NCBI GenBank assembly: GCA_964291495.2
Contig: OZ219872.1
Span: 768,001-832,000 of the forward strand
DNA: 64,000 bases
Direction of reading: 5' to 3'
From: Dehalococcoidia bacterium
Lineage (GTDB): Bacteria > Chloroflexota > Dehalococcoidia > UBA2979
In this document: positions 27,679-37,017 of the stretch, piece by piece
How the letters are laid out: every line of letters begins with the position of its first letter
Position numbering within the stretch: position 1 is the first letter of the stretch
Notes under the pieces: model-generated
What the model was told of the DNA's origin: nothing
The model's database searches: none
Seen by the model: the letters and a program-made list of their open reading frames with translations, nothing else
Position numbers and translations under genes: made by a program

Positions 27679-28860
27679 CTACCAGTCGCCGACGCTGCCG
27701 TCGGCGAGCACCGGGTGACCCGTGTCGCGACCCTGGAACGGGTAGCGCTCGGCGATCGACTCGTCGAACTTGATGCCGATGCCCGGCGCCTGCGGCAGGT
27801 CGACGTAGCCGTCCGTGACGACGAGCGGCTCGACCAGCATCTCGTCCCACAGCGCGTCGCCGCCGATCGGGATCGAGCTCTCCTGGATGATGAAGTTGGG
27901 CGTGCAGGCCGCGATGTGCAGGCTCGCCAGCGTCACCCCCGGCCCTCGAGGGTTGTGCGGGGCGATGCCCATGAAGTACGTCTCCGCCGCCGCGGCGATG
28001 CGCCGCGTCTCGGAGATGCCGCCTGCGTGGCCGAGGTCCGGCTGCAGCACGGCGACGGCCTGCGACTCGATCGTCGTGCGGAAGTCCCAGCGGTTGTACA
28101 TCCGCTCGCCCGTGGCGAGCGGCACGTTCGTCGCCGCCGAGACCAGCAGCATCGCGTCGACGTTGCGCGGCGGCACCGGCTCCTCGAAGAACAGCAGGTC
28201 GAGCGGCTCGAGGGCGTTCGCGATCTCGATCGCCACGGTCGGCGTCTGCTTGCCGTGCGCGTCGACCATGACCTTCATGTCGTCGCCGACGGCGTCGCGC
28301 ACGGCGGCGATGTTCTCGTACGTCTCCTGCACCTTCTTGCGGTCGCTGATCCATTCCGCAGTACCGGGAATCCCGGTCTTGAAGGCGCGGTAGCCCTCCT
28401 CGATGCGCTGGTGCGTGCGATCGACGATCTCCTCGCGGCTGGCGCCGCCGGGGTGGGTGTAGAGCAGGATGCGGTCGCGCACCGCGCCGCCCATGAGGCG
28501 CCAGACCGGCACGCCGAAGCGCTTCCCTGCGATGTCCCACAGCGCCTGGTCGATGGCGCTCTGCGCGGTCATCAGGATCACGCCGCCGCGCTGGAAGCTG
28601 TTGCGGTAGAGCACCTGCCAGTGGCGCTCGATCAGGCTGTCGTCCTGGCCGACGAGGTACTCCGCGAAGTCCTCGACGGCGCCGGCGACGGCCCGCGTCT
28701 TGTGCGGGAGGGTGCCCTCCCCGAAGCCCTCGAGGCCGTCGTCCGTGCGGATCCGCACGATCATCATGTTGCCGCGGCCCCCGTAGCGGGCCGCGTCTGC
28801 GCCACCGGTGCCCTGTTCGAAATTGACCATGAACGGCCGCACTTCGACGATGCGCGACAT
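27679..28860 (-). CDS. Galactonate dehydratase-like enolase (paralog 1)
   Basis: SAIDQALWDIAGK, MVDAHG, FFEEP, ATGER, APHNP. Confidence 0.9.
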   Translation of the reverse strand: MSRIVEVRPFMVNFEQGTGGADAARYGGRGNMMIVRIRTDDGLEGFGEGTLPHKTRAVAGAVEDFAEYLVGQDDSLIERHWQVLYRNSFQRGGVILMTAQSAIDQALWDIAGKRFGVPVWRLMGGAVRDRILLYTHPGGASREEIVDRTHQRIEEGYRAFKTGIPGTAEWISDRKKVQETYENIAAVRDAVGDDMKVMVDAHGKQTPTVAIEIANALEPLDLLFFEEPVPPRNVDAMLLVSAATNVPLATGERMYNRWDFRTTIESQAVAVLQPDLGHAGGISETRRIAAAAETYFMGIAPHNPRGPGVTLASLHIAACTPNFIIQESSIPIGGDALWDEMLVEPLVVTDGYVDLPQAPGIGIKFDESIAERYPFQGRDTGHPVLADGSVGDW

Positions 28861-29011
28861 CGCTCCTCCTTGATTCGTAACGCTGGTTGCTGGTCAGGCT
28901 CGTTGATACGCGCGGCCTGCGGGACAGTCAAACCGATTGCTCTGTCCATCTCCCCGAGAAGCCCGTCGCCTCACGCCATCGCAGGGCGCTCCGGCGCCCT
29001 CTCCCCTCGTG

Positions 29012-29226
29012 GAGACCTTTGCGAAACTCCCGCAAGCCCCTCCGGCCCCCTCTCCCTGGGGAGAGGGCGGGGGTGAGGGGGAGGACTCCCGCGCCCCTTC
29101 GAAAGCCCCGACGGCGCAACGAAACTCCAGAGGGCGGACCCTCCCTCACCCTGACCCTCTCCCTCGGGGAGAGGGGACCGGAGGGGATGCGCTCGCTGCC
29201 CCGAGGAGAGGGTTACGCAAAGGCCC
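29012..29226. mobile_element. MITE-like element with imperfect TIRs (CCTTTGCG.AAC), inserted in a REP hairpin and containing an inverted REP pair
   Basis: agacctttgcgaaactc (29013-29029) vs gggttacgcaaaggccc (29210-29226); the flanks join into a ccctctccc...gggagaggg REP. Confidence 0.6.
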
Positions 29227-29315
29227 GCGGGAGAGGGCAGGTGTGAGGGGCGCCGCGCGGCTGCGCGGCCAACGAGGACAAACGAGACGTTCGAGGAGCA
29301 GGTGCGCGGAGGATC

Positions 29316-29564
29316 CTAGCCGGCAGCCACGATCACAGCGGTGGCGACCCCGATCGCGACGAGGAGCGTGCCGAGCGTCCAGGCGGTCTGCCTGTGCATC
29401 TCGCTCTCGAGTCTTGCGACAGCCGTATCCAGATCGTGCTTCGTGGCGACGGTCGCGCCGAAGCCTCCGGCGAGCGTGGTGACGATGGCGTCTGCCTGCG
29501 GCTCCGGGAGTCCTGCCTCCTGGAGCTGCTTGCTCGCTGCGAGTGTGTCGAACGCCACCACCAT
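29316..29564 (-). CDS. DUF1640/CCDC90-like small coiled-coil membrane-anchored protein
   Basis: FDTL...L..AG.PE.QA.AI, ATKxDL, C-terminal TM. Confidence 0.8.
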   Translation of the reverse strand: MVVAFDTLAASKQLQEAGLPEPQADAIVTTLAGGFGATVATKHDLDTAVARLESEMHRQTAWTLGTLLVAIGVATAVIVAAG

Positions 29565-29618
29565 GACTCACGCATGCTAACACATCCGCGAAGGCCCGCA
29601 GCGCGGTGGGCGGGCGGA

Positions 29619-29649
29619 CCTGGATTCCGGCTTGCGCCGGAATGACGGG
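29619..29649. repeat. REP-like hairpin family B (GTCATTCCGGC-gcaa-GCCGGAATCCAG)
   Basis: Same motif at 59738-59768, 61258-61287, 61426-61456. Confidence 0.85.
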
Positions 29650-29661
29650 AGGGGGAAACGC

Positions 29662-30840
29662 CTACCAGTCGCCGACGCCGCCGTCGGCGACCGTCGGGTG
29701 GGCCGTGTCGGCGCCCGTGTAGGGGAAGCGGTCGAGCAGCGCCTCGTCGAACGTGATGCCGAGGCCGGGCGCACGCGGCAGGTCGACGTAGCCGTCGCTG
29801 ACCGACAGTGGCTCGACGAGCATTGCGTCCCACAGTTCACTGCTCCCGCCGCGGGGAATCGCCGACTCCTGGATGATGAAGTTGGGCGTGCAGGCCGCGA
29901 TGTGCAGGCTCGCCAGCGTCACCCCCGGCCCTCGAGGGTTGTGCGGGGCGATGCCCATGAAGTAGGTCTCCGCCGCCGCGCTGATGCGGCGCGTCTCGGA
30001 GATGCCGCCCGCGTGGCCGAGGTCCGGCTGCAGCACGGCGACGGCCTGCGACTCGATCGTCGTGCGGAAGTCCCAGCGGTTGTACATCCGCTCGCCGGTC
30101 GCAAGGGGAACGGTGACCGCATTCCGGACCAGCAGCATCGCCTCGACGTTGCGCGGCGGCACCGGCTCCTCGAGAAACAGCAGGTCCAGCGGCTCGAGCG
30201 CATGCCCGAGCTCGATCGCCACGGTCGGCGAGAGCTTGCCGTGGCAGTCCAGCATCAGCTTGACGTCGTCGCCGACCGCCTCGCGGACTGCGGCGACCAG
30301 CTCGAAGGTCGTCTCCACCAGCGGCGTGTCGCGGATCGGCTCGGGCGACGGGGCGATCGTCAGCTTGAGGGCGCGGTAGCCCTCCTCGACACGCTCCAGC
30401 GAGTGCTGGACGACCAGATCGCGGTCCCAGCCGCCGGGGTGGGTGTAGAGCAGGATGCGATCGCGCACCGCGCCGCCCATGAGTTGCCAGATCGGCACGC
30501 CGAAGCGCTTCCCGGCGATGTCCCACAACGCCTGATCGATGGCGCTCTGGGCGGTCATCATGATCACGCCGCCTCGCTGGAAGCTGTTGCGGTAGAGCAC
30601 CTGCCAGTGGCGCTCGATCAGGCTGTCGTCCTGCCCGACGAGGTACTCCGCGAAGTCCTCGACGGCGCCGGCGACCGCGCGCGCCTTGTGCGGGAGGCTC
30701 CCCTCGCCGAAGCCTTCCATGCCGTCGTCCGTACGGATCCGCACGATCACCATGCCACCACGGCGAGGGCGCTCGCGGCCCGTGATGTTCTCGACTTCCA
30801 GGCCCACCTTGAACGGCGTCACCTCAACGATTCTCGCCAT
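29662..30840 (-). CDS. Galactonate dehydratase-like enolase (paralog 2)
   Basis: Same motifs as 27679..28860 with long near-identical blocks. Confidence 0.9.
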   Translation of the reverse strand: MARIVEVTPFKVGLEVENITGRERPRRGGMVIVRIRTDDGMEGFGEGSLPHKARAVAGAVEDFAEYLVGQDDSLIERHWQVLYRNSFQRGGVIMMTAQSAIDQALWDIAGKRFGVPIWQLMGGAVRDRILLYTHPGGWDRDLVVQHSLERVEEGYRALKLTIAPSPEPIRDTPLVETTFELVAAVREAVGDDVKLMLDCHGKLSPTVAIELGHALEPLDLLFLEEPVPPRNVEAMLLVRNAVTVPLATGERMYNRWDFRTTIESQAVAVLQPDLGHAGGISETRRISAAAETYFMGIAPHNPRGPGVTLASLHIAACTPNFIIQESAIPRGGSSELWDAMLVEPLSVSDGYVDLPRAPGLGITFDEALLDRFPYTGADTAHPTVADGGVGDW

Positions 30841-30905
30841 GCGCCGCTCTCACCTTCCTCGCGTCGGGCTCTCGTGTTGCTGCGCTTCGCGCGGCGCGGC
30901 CTCCG

Positions 30906-31334
30906 TCAGGCGTCGAGGCGGGCGACGTTGTCGAAGAAGCGCTGCAGGCTGGGGTTGTAGCGGAAGAACTTGTCCGCCCGGTAGCCGTCGCCCTGCTCGT
31001 TGCTGTGGATCGGGTCATCCATGCTCAGGTCGAGCGAGTTGAGCGTGTGGTCGCCCGTCGCCCGCCCGTTCGCGCGGATGTCGTCGATCATCTCCTGCCA
31101 CAGCTCCGGCGGCATGTTGATCACGAAGTCGGCCTCGGCCAGCTCCTCGTCGTTCGCCTCGCGCACGTCCGTGCAGGTCAGCACCTCGAAGGTGAGGCGG
31201 TAGCCCGCCTCGCCGATGCGCAGCCCGACGACCGCGTCGAGGCGCCCGATCTTCCGGAAGTCCTCGTCCTCGTTCGCCAGGTCCGCCAGCGCCTGCAGCC
31301 ACTCCACCGAGGGGAAGGTCAACACCGTCACCAT
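30906..31334 (-). CDS. SCP2-like (sterol carrier fold) protein
   Basis: FPSVEWLQALADLANED N-terminal signature, ADFVI. Confidence 0.65.
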   Translation of the reverse strand: MVTVLTFPSVEWLQALADLANEDEDFRKIGRLDAVVGLRIGEAGYRLTFEVLTCTDVREANDEELAEADFVINMPPELWQEMIDDIRANGRATGDHTLNSLDLSMDDPIHSNEQGDGYRADKFFRYNPSLQRFFDNVARLDA

Positions 31335-31360
31335 GCCACTCCTGCCACTGCGTTGCCGTA

Positions 31361-31657
31361 CTAGAACTCGATCGGTTCGCCCGGATCGTCGACCTCATCG
31401 AACGAGGTCAGCCGCTCGAGGTGCCGCATCGGCTCCGCCTCCGGCGTCCCCGCGATCAGATCGTCGACCATCTGCTTGTACTTTGGATCGAGGTCACGGA
31501 TCTGGTCGACCTCGCGGCGCGTGATCGCGAACGGCGAGATCATCCGCTCGATCTGCGGCGAGCCGCACTCGGTGCAGCCCGAGGGCTCGCGGTCGCCGCG
31601 CACGAGCGCCTCGAAGCGGGATGCGCACGCGTCGCACTCGTAGACGTGGATCGGCAC
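31361..31657 (-). CDS. FmdB-family zinc ribbon protein
   Basis: MPIHVYECDAC...FE...CTECGS..IERMIS. Confidence 0.88.
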   Translation of the reverse strand: MPIHVYECDACASRFEALVRGDREPSGCTECGSPQIERMISPFAITRREVDQIRDLDPKYKQMVDDLIAGTPEAEPMRHLERLTSFDEVDDPGEPIEF

Positions 31658-31658
31658 G

Positions 31659-32807
31659 CTAGCCCGCCGCCTCGCCGGCTGCGTCCGCAGCGCCGTTGGT
31701 GCTCGGCTCCTCGAGGTTCTCGCGCATCCTCGAGGTGAGCCACGGATCGCGGTCGAGGCCGATCCAGCTCATGCGCGCGAGGTAGGCGCGCGTCCAGTCG
31801 CGGCGCATCCGGCGCACGAGTTGCATCCCCGCGTCCATGCCGCGTACGCCGCCGCCGAAGACGATTGCGAGCGCCTCCTGCAGCACGTGGTCATCCTCGT
31901 CGCGGTTGACCGCGGCCTCCGCGCCGACCAGCGCGCGGTTCCAGGAGTCCCGGAACTCCGGCTCGCTGCTCAGCCCGTAGCGCGAGTGCTCCATGCCGTA
32001 GGCGATGTGCCGCGCCTTGTCCGCCACCATCCCGCCGGCGAGCGCGCGATCCGCCTCGCTGGGCCCGTGGGCCGCGAGGTAGCGGAGCAGTGTCAGCAGG
32101 TAGCTGCCGCGCAGCACGTGCAGCGCCAGGCAGGTTTCCGTCCAGCCGACGCGGCTCTCGAGCAGCATGCGGTTGGCCCAGCCCGGGCTCTCGAGGCCAA
32201 GCTCCGGGACGTTGAGCAGCGCGCGCTTGCGCCAGCCCTCGAACTGCCGCGCGGACTCGAAGACCTGGCGCGAGAGGCAGAGCTTCACCTCGTGGAAGCC
32301 GTAGCTCAGCAGCTCCAGCCACGAGGAGACCACCTCAGCCTCGATCGAGCCGATGTGGCTCAGCTCGGTCGCCACCTGGCACATCGCCAGCTCGACATCA
32401 CGAGGCAGGTCGTGGGCGCTCTCCCACGGCACATCCGTGGCCGTGGACCAGCGGCGCGAGATCGACTCCTCGTAGAGCTCGGCGGCGTGGTCGGCCCACT
32501 GGTGGGACTTCTTGCTGATAAAGGCGGGACCCAGCGGCACCGCGCCCGCTACGGGGTAGGTGCCGCGCGGCATTCTCGAGGGCTCGTCCCAGTCATCCGG
32601 GAGATCGCCGTAGACGCCGATGTTGATCGCCTCGAGGGTGAGGCCACCCGGGCCTCGCGGGGCGCGCGTGCCCCACTGGCGGGAGCGCTTCATCCAGCTG
32701 AAGTCGGTGAAGTACGAGGCAGCGAGCGGCGAGGTGATGTCGGGCTCGCGCTTCTCCGGCGCCTCGTCCGGACGTGGCGCCTCGTCCTGGCGTTGCTCTG
32801 TCGTCAT
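31659..32807 (-). CDS. Ferritin-like protein with degenerate diiron ligands (putative structural beta subunit)
   Basis: Aligns with neighbour (LYEE..RRWS.ATD.PW) but has ESARQ and DKARH instead of DEARH. Confidence 0.75.
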   Translation of the reverse strand: MTTEQRQDEAPRPDEAPEKREPDITSPLAASYFTDFSWMKRSRQWGTRAPRGPGGLTLEAINIGVYGDLPDDWDEPSRMPRGTYPVAGAVPLGPAFISKKSHQWADHAAELYEESISRRWSTATDVPWESAHDLPRDVELAMCQVATELSHIGSIEAEVVSSWLELLSYGFHEVKLCLSRQVFESARQFEGWRKRALLNVPELGLESPGWANRMLLESRVGWTETCLALHVLRGSYLLTLLRYLAAHGPSEADRALAGGMVADKARHIAYGMEHSRYGLSSEPEFRDSWNRALVGAEAAVNRDEDDHVLQEALAIVFGGGVRGMDAGMQLVRRMRRDWTRAYLARMSWIGLDRDPWLTSRMRENLEEPSTNGAADAAGEAAG

Positions 32808-32822
32808 ACGTGCCGCGGTCGC

Positions 32823-33992
32823 CTAGGCGCTGGCGTAGGCGCGGAGCATCTCGCCCGCGCTGCGGCCTTCTTCGAAGCGCTCGCCGAAGCCGGCGACGGT
32901 CACGCGCTGGACGTACTCCTTGACCTGGCGCTGGCGCATCGCGAGAGCGAGCTTCTGGCCTTCCTCGATCTTGTCCTTGCCGCCACCGAGCAGGATGGCG
33001 AGTGCGGCGTTCGAGGGGTTCGCGTTCGCGGCCGGGTTCTGGTTCGTGCCCGTGATCAGCCCGCGCTCCGCCTCGTCCAGGTAGCTGTGAATCTCCTCGC
33101 GCCGTTCCGGCATCGTCTGGCCGAGGTACTGCAGGTGCATCACCCCAAAGGCGACGTGCCGCGCCTCATCGGAGGCAGCGAGGCGGTAGATCATCTTCTC
33201 GGCGTCGTTGTAGGCCATGCGCTCGCCCATGCGGAAGATGGTCAGCACGGAGCCCTCGCCGGAGATGTGCAGCTTGGCCGACATCTCCGTGAAGTCGCGC
33301 GCGCTGTCGATGGTGCCGGCGAAGACGTCGCTGCCGGCGCGCGGGTTGCGCTCCAGCAGACCGCCGCCGTTGGCGAGTGCGCGCTTGCGGAAGACGTCGA
33401 GGTGCCGCGCCTCGTCGACCACCTGCGAGATCAGGAACATGCGCGGCTCGAAGTACTCGGGCGTGATCTCGGAGATCCAGCGGCCGGGCACGTCGCCGGC
33501 GACGAACTCGATCTCGGTCAGGAAGGTCGCCAGCTTGCACTCGGCGGCCTCGATGTCGTCGGGCAGCTCGGTGAGGGTGTGCCAGGGGATGTCGGTCGCC
33601 GAGGACCACTGCCGCTGTACCGCCTCCTCGTAGAGCTCGGCGGCGTTGCGCAGCCAGATGTCCGCCTTGGTGCGGACGCGGTAGTTGCCGACGCGCGGCG
33701 CGACCTTGCGCGGCTGCGTGCCGCGCGGGCGGCCGGTCAGGTTGTCGCTCTCGTCGGGGACCTCGGCGGGATCGCTGCCCGCGAGGTCCTGCAGCAGCAG
33801 GCCGCCGCGGCTGAGGTCGGACTCCTCGCCCGAGCCCCAGATCTCGGCCTTGCGCAGCCAGTCGAGCTTGTAGCCGCGCTCCTGCGCGAAGCTCATCAGC
33901 TCATCGAACGGCCCCTCAGGCTGCGACCCGTTCGAGGCCGCACCGTTGGTGGTGGGCTCGCTCGCCGTCGGCTCACTTGCGGTCGTCGTCAT
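32823..33992 (-). CDS. Ferritin-like diiron protein (putative catalytic alpha subunit)
   Basis: Complete E...DEARH...E...DEARH ligand set. Confidence 0.85.
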   Translation of the reverse strand: MTTTASEPTASEPTTNGAASNGSQPEGPFDELMSFAQERGYKLDWLRKAEIWGSGEESDLSRGGLLLQDLAGSDPAEVPDESDNLTGRPRGTQPRKVAPRVGNYRVRTKADIWLRNAAELYEEAVQRQWSSATDIPWHTLTELPDDIEAAECKLATFLTEIEFVAGDVPGRWISEITPEYFEPRMFLISQVVDEARHLDVFRKRALANGGGLLERNPRAGSDVFAGTIDSARDFTEMSAKLHISGEGSVLTIFRMGERMAYNDAEKMIYRLAASDEARHVAFGVMHLQYLGQTMPERREEIHSYLDEAERGLITGTNQNPAANANPSNAALAILLGGGKDKIEEGQKLALAMRQRQVKEYVQRVTVAGFGERFEEGRSAGEMLRAYASA

Positions 33993-34119
33993 CGCTTCGT
34001 CCCTTGTCCGGGCACGACTTACGCGGGGAATACGGGGCGTCGCTCACGGACCCCCGTCCCGCTCCGTCAAAGGTAGCAAGTCGGGGCGCTTCCCGCATCC
34101 CGCCGGGGCCTCTGAGCCG

Positions 34120-34155
34120 GCGCTACGCGATCACGCCCTCGGCCCTGAACTGCTC
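34120..34155 (+). repeat. Direct repeat copy of the 3' end of CoA-transferase 35733..36992
   Basis: gcgctacgcgatcacgccctcggccctgaactgctc vs 35730-35765 gcgctacgcgatcacgccctcggcgctgagctgctc (2 mismatches). Confidence 0.9.
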
Positions 34156-34156
34156 C

Positions 34157-35650
34157 CTACTCGATCGTGAGGATGTACCCGCCGGGGCCGCTCAGATCAA
34201 GGTCGCCCACGACCATGAAGTAGGTCCCGGCGTGCGGCGCGCGATAGACAAGCGCCGAGTCGGTCCCGAACAGGCCCCCGCCGCCATCGTCATCCACTTC
34301 TATGTCCTCGGCGCCCTCATAGTCGATGATCAAGGTCGTGTCGATGAGAATCGAACTCACCGTGACCTCGATCCGCTCACCCGCGCTCAGTGCGATCATG
34401 AAGTAGTCGATATCACCGGGTGCATCGACGCTTCCCACGAGGGTCTGGCCGACCTCGACCCATTGCCCGTCGTCGGGGTCGTACAGTGGCGCCACGCTGT
34501 GGCTGCTTGTGAGTACGAAGGCGCCCCGCGCCTCGTCGAACTGAAAGACCCTCAGAAAGAGCGGCCCGTAGCGATCGACGGTGATCGAGCCGATCTCGGT
34601 TCCCGAGTAGCCGTCATCGACCTCCAGGATGCTCACGCCGGATGAGTCGAAGACCTCGAGGGCGCCATCGTTCGCGCCCCGCCATTCGATGAGAACCTCG
34701 GCCCCCATCGGCTCGTTGATGACATAGATGCCCTCGTCCCAGAGATTCGCAAGCTCGACCTCGTAGCGCCGCTCGCCGCCCGAGAGCGGAACATGCCGAG
34801 CAGCCAGTCCGGACGGATCGCGCCCGGCAATCAGTTCCTCGATGCGGGGATGGATGTCCGTCGCCGACGCGACCAGCCCGAAGTCCCCTTCGGTGAAGTT
34901 GAAGCCGCTCATGCCGATGACCTCGCCCATCGACGAAAGCAGCGCGCCCCCGCTCTGGCCGCCCGCCGCAACGGCGTCGGTCTGCAGATAGGTGATCCCG
35001 AGCACCTCCCATTCCCGGTAACGAGAGAGCAGGCCGCGGCTGAGCGTTGGCTTCGGAAACGCCTCGACCTCTCCCGGGTAGCCAAGCAGGAACACCTCGC
35101 TGCCGATCGGCAGGTCCTCGCCATCCACCAACGCGACTGCATCCGCAGCCGCATCGACGGGGCCGAGCACTGCGATGTCGGCCAACAGATCCCAGCCCCG
35201 CAGCGGGACGGCGGTGAACTCCGATCCGTCCGGGAGCACCACGCGCGCCGCCTCGTACGGCCAGACGACGTGAGCGTTGGTCACGACATACCCACCCTCG
35301 ATCAGGATCCCGCTGCCCGTGCTCATCCCGGTCTCGATGAACGCGATCGCCGGAGAAACCCTGTCGAAGATCTCGGCGGGAGTGAGGTGGGCGGTCCTGG
35401 GCGTGTCCTCGGCCGTGGCCGCCGCCCTCGCGGTGGCGGTGGCTTCGGCGGTGACCGCCACCGCCGGAGTGGCGGTGCCCCCAGCCGTGGCTACCGGCGC
35501 CGGAGTTGCCGTGGCCTCCGCCGGCGCCCTGTCGTCCGGCTCGCCGCCGCACGCTGACCACAACGCAGCGGCCATCAGGCAGGCAGTCGCGATCTGCGCC
35601 ACCCGGGAACTGTTGCTTGCGAGCCGGCCAGCTACCAACGCATTCCCCAA
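34157..35650 (-). CDS. Trypsin-like serine protease lipoprotein with C-terminal PPC-like domains
   Basis: WSAC lipobox, GSG, TNAHVV, DIAVL, QTDAV..GQSGG; start may be GTG at 35602. Confidence 0.85.
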   Translation of the reverse strand: MGNALVAGRLASNSSRVAQIATACLMAAALWSACGGEPDDRAPAEATATPAPVATAGGTATPAVAVTAEATATARAAATAEDTPRTAHLTPAEIFDRVSPAIAFIETGMSTGSGILIEGGYVVTNAHVVWPYEAARVVLPDGSEFTAVPLRGWDLLADIAVLGPVDAAADAVALVDGEDLPIGSEVFLLGYPGEVEAFPKPTLSRGLLSRYREWEVLGITYLQTDAVAAGGQSGGALLSSMGEVIGMSGFNFTEGDFGLVASATDIHPRIEELIAGRDPSGLAARHVPLSGGERRYEVELANLWDEGIYVINEPMGAEVLIEWRGANDGALEVFDSSGVSILEVDDGYSGTEIGSITVDRYGPLFLRVFQFDEARGAFVLTSSHSVAPLYDPDDGQWVEVGQTLVGSVDAPGDIDYFMIALSAGERIEVTVSSILIDTTLIIDYEGAEDIEVDDDGGGGLFGTDSALVYRAPHAGTYFMVVGDLDLSGPGGYILTIE

Positions 35651-35732
35651 TCGGAGTCACCGCTGGCGGAGCCCGGATGAGGCACGTCTCGCGCATCCCG
35701 CAAGGCCCATGAGGAGCTTGCGCGTCGGCGCG

Positions 35733-36992
35733 CTACGCGATCACGCCCTCGGCGCTGAGCTGCTCGACCTCGTCCTCGTCCATGCCGAGCAGCTCGCAGA
35801 AGACGTAGTGGTTCGCCTCGCCCATCTCCGGGGCGGGATCTAGGCGGTCGGTCGGGGTCCTGGAGAAGCGCCAGGGGGGCGAGAACCAGCGCGTCGTGCC
35901 ACCATCGTGCGGCAGCGGCACCTCGCGCCACGCGCCGCGCGCCTCGAGCTGCGGGCTGGCCGCCACGTCCTCCGGGTAGCCGACCGGCGTTGCCGCCACG
36001 CCGACCGCCTGGAGGCGCTCCATCAGCTCGAAGCCGTCCTGGTCCGCCGTCCACTCGCCGATCCGTGCGTCCAGCTCGTCCTGGTTCGCGAGCCGGCCCT
36101 CGACGTGCTCGAAGCGCGGACCGGCGGCCCACTCGGGCGCGCCCATCGCCGCCACCAGCGCGCGCCACTCCTCGTCCGAGGTGACGGCGATCGTGATCCA
36201 GCGTCCGCCCTCGTGCTCGCCGGCGCTCGGGTAGACGCCGTGCGGCGCCCACGCCGGGTGGCGGTTGCCGCGCCGCGCCGGTACGCGGCCGTTGTAGGAG
36301 TAGTCGAGGAAGGCGTCGCCGAGGTACGAGGCGAGCGTCTCGCGGTTCGCGAGGTCGATGTGCTGCCCGCGGCCGGTGCGCTTAGCGCGCACGAGCGCCG
36401 CGATCGAGACGAAGGCGCCCATCGCGCCGGCGCACATGTCGGAGGGAAGGCGGAACAGCACGGGCGGGCCGTCCTCGTAACCCCACATCGAACTGAAGCC
36501 GCTCATCGCCGCGAAGACCGAGGCGTACCCGGCGTCCTCGCGGTCCGGGCCGAAGCCGCCGCCCGCGGACATCGAGATGTAGACCAGCCCCGGATTGACC
36601 TCGCGCAGCACCTCCCAGCCGAGACCCCGGCGCTCGAGCACGCCGGGCCGGAAGTTCTCGCCGACCATGTCGCTGACGGCGACGAGGCGCTTGGCCAGCT
36701 CGATCGCACGCGGCTCGCGGAGGTTGAGCGTGACGCTGCGCTTGTTGAGCCCGAACTCGTCGAGGCCACCGCGCGCGCGGCGCACCGACATCTGGCCCTG
36801 CGTGCGGTCCTGCGCCGCGGCGCGCCCGGAGCGCGTGCGCACCGGATCGCGGCGTGCGCTGCTCTCGATCTTGATGCACTCCGCACCCAGCGAGGACCAC
36901 ATCAGCGAGCAGTAGCCGCCGACCAGCACGTGCGTGAAGTCGACGATGCGCACGCCCTCGAGGGGCCGTCGCGGGAGGCCGTCGCTCGTCAT
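35733..36992 (-). CDS. CaiB/BaiF (family III) CoA-transferase
   Basis: PLEGVRIVDF, NKRSVTLNL, ENFRPG, catalytic-position Asp in PSDMCAG. Confidence 0.92.
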   Translation of the reverse strand: MTSDGLPRRPLEGVRIVDFTHVLVGGYCSLMWSSLGAECIKIESSARRDPVRTRSGRAAAQDRTQGQMSVRRARGGLDEFGLNKRSVTLNLREPRAIELAKRLVAVSDMVGENFRPGVLERRGLGWEVLREVNPGLVYISMSAGGGFGPDREDAGYASVFAAMSGFSSMWGYEDGPPVLFRLPSDMCAGAMGAFVSIAALVRAKRTGRGQHIDLANRETLASYLGDAFLDYSYNGRVPARRGNRHPAWAPHGVYPSAGEHEGGRWITIAVTSDEEWRALVAAMGAPEWAAGPRFEHVEGRLANQDELDARIGEWTADQDGFELMERLQAVGVAATPVGYPEDVAASPQLEARGAWREVPLPHDGGTTRWFSPPWRFSRTPTDRLDPAPEMGEANHYVFCELLGMDEDEVEQLSAEGVIA

Positions 36993-37017
36993 GGCCGCAC
37001 CTCGCTCCGTCGCACCG

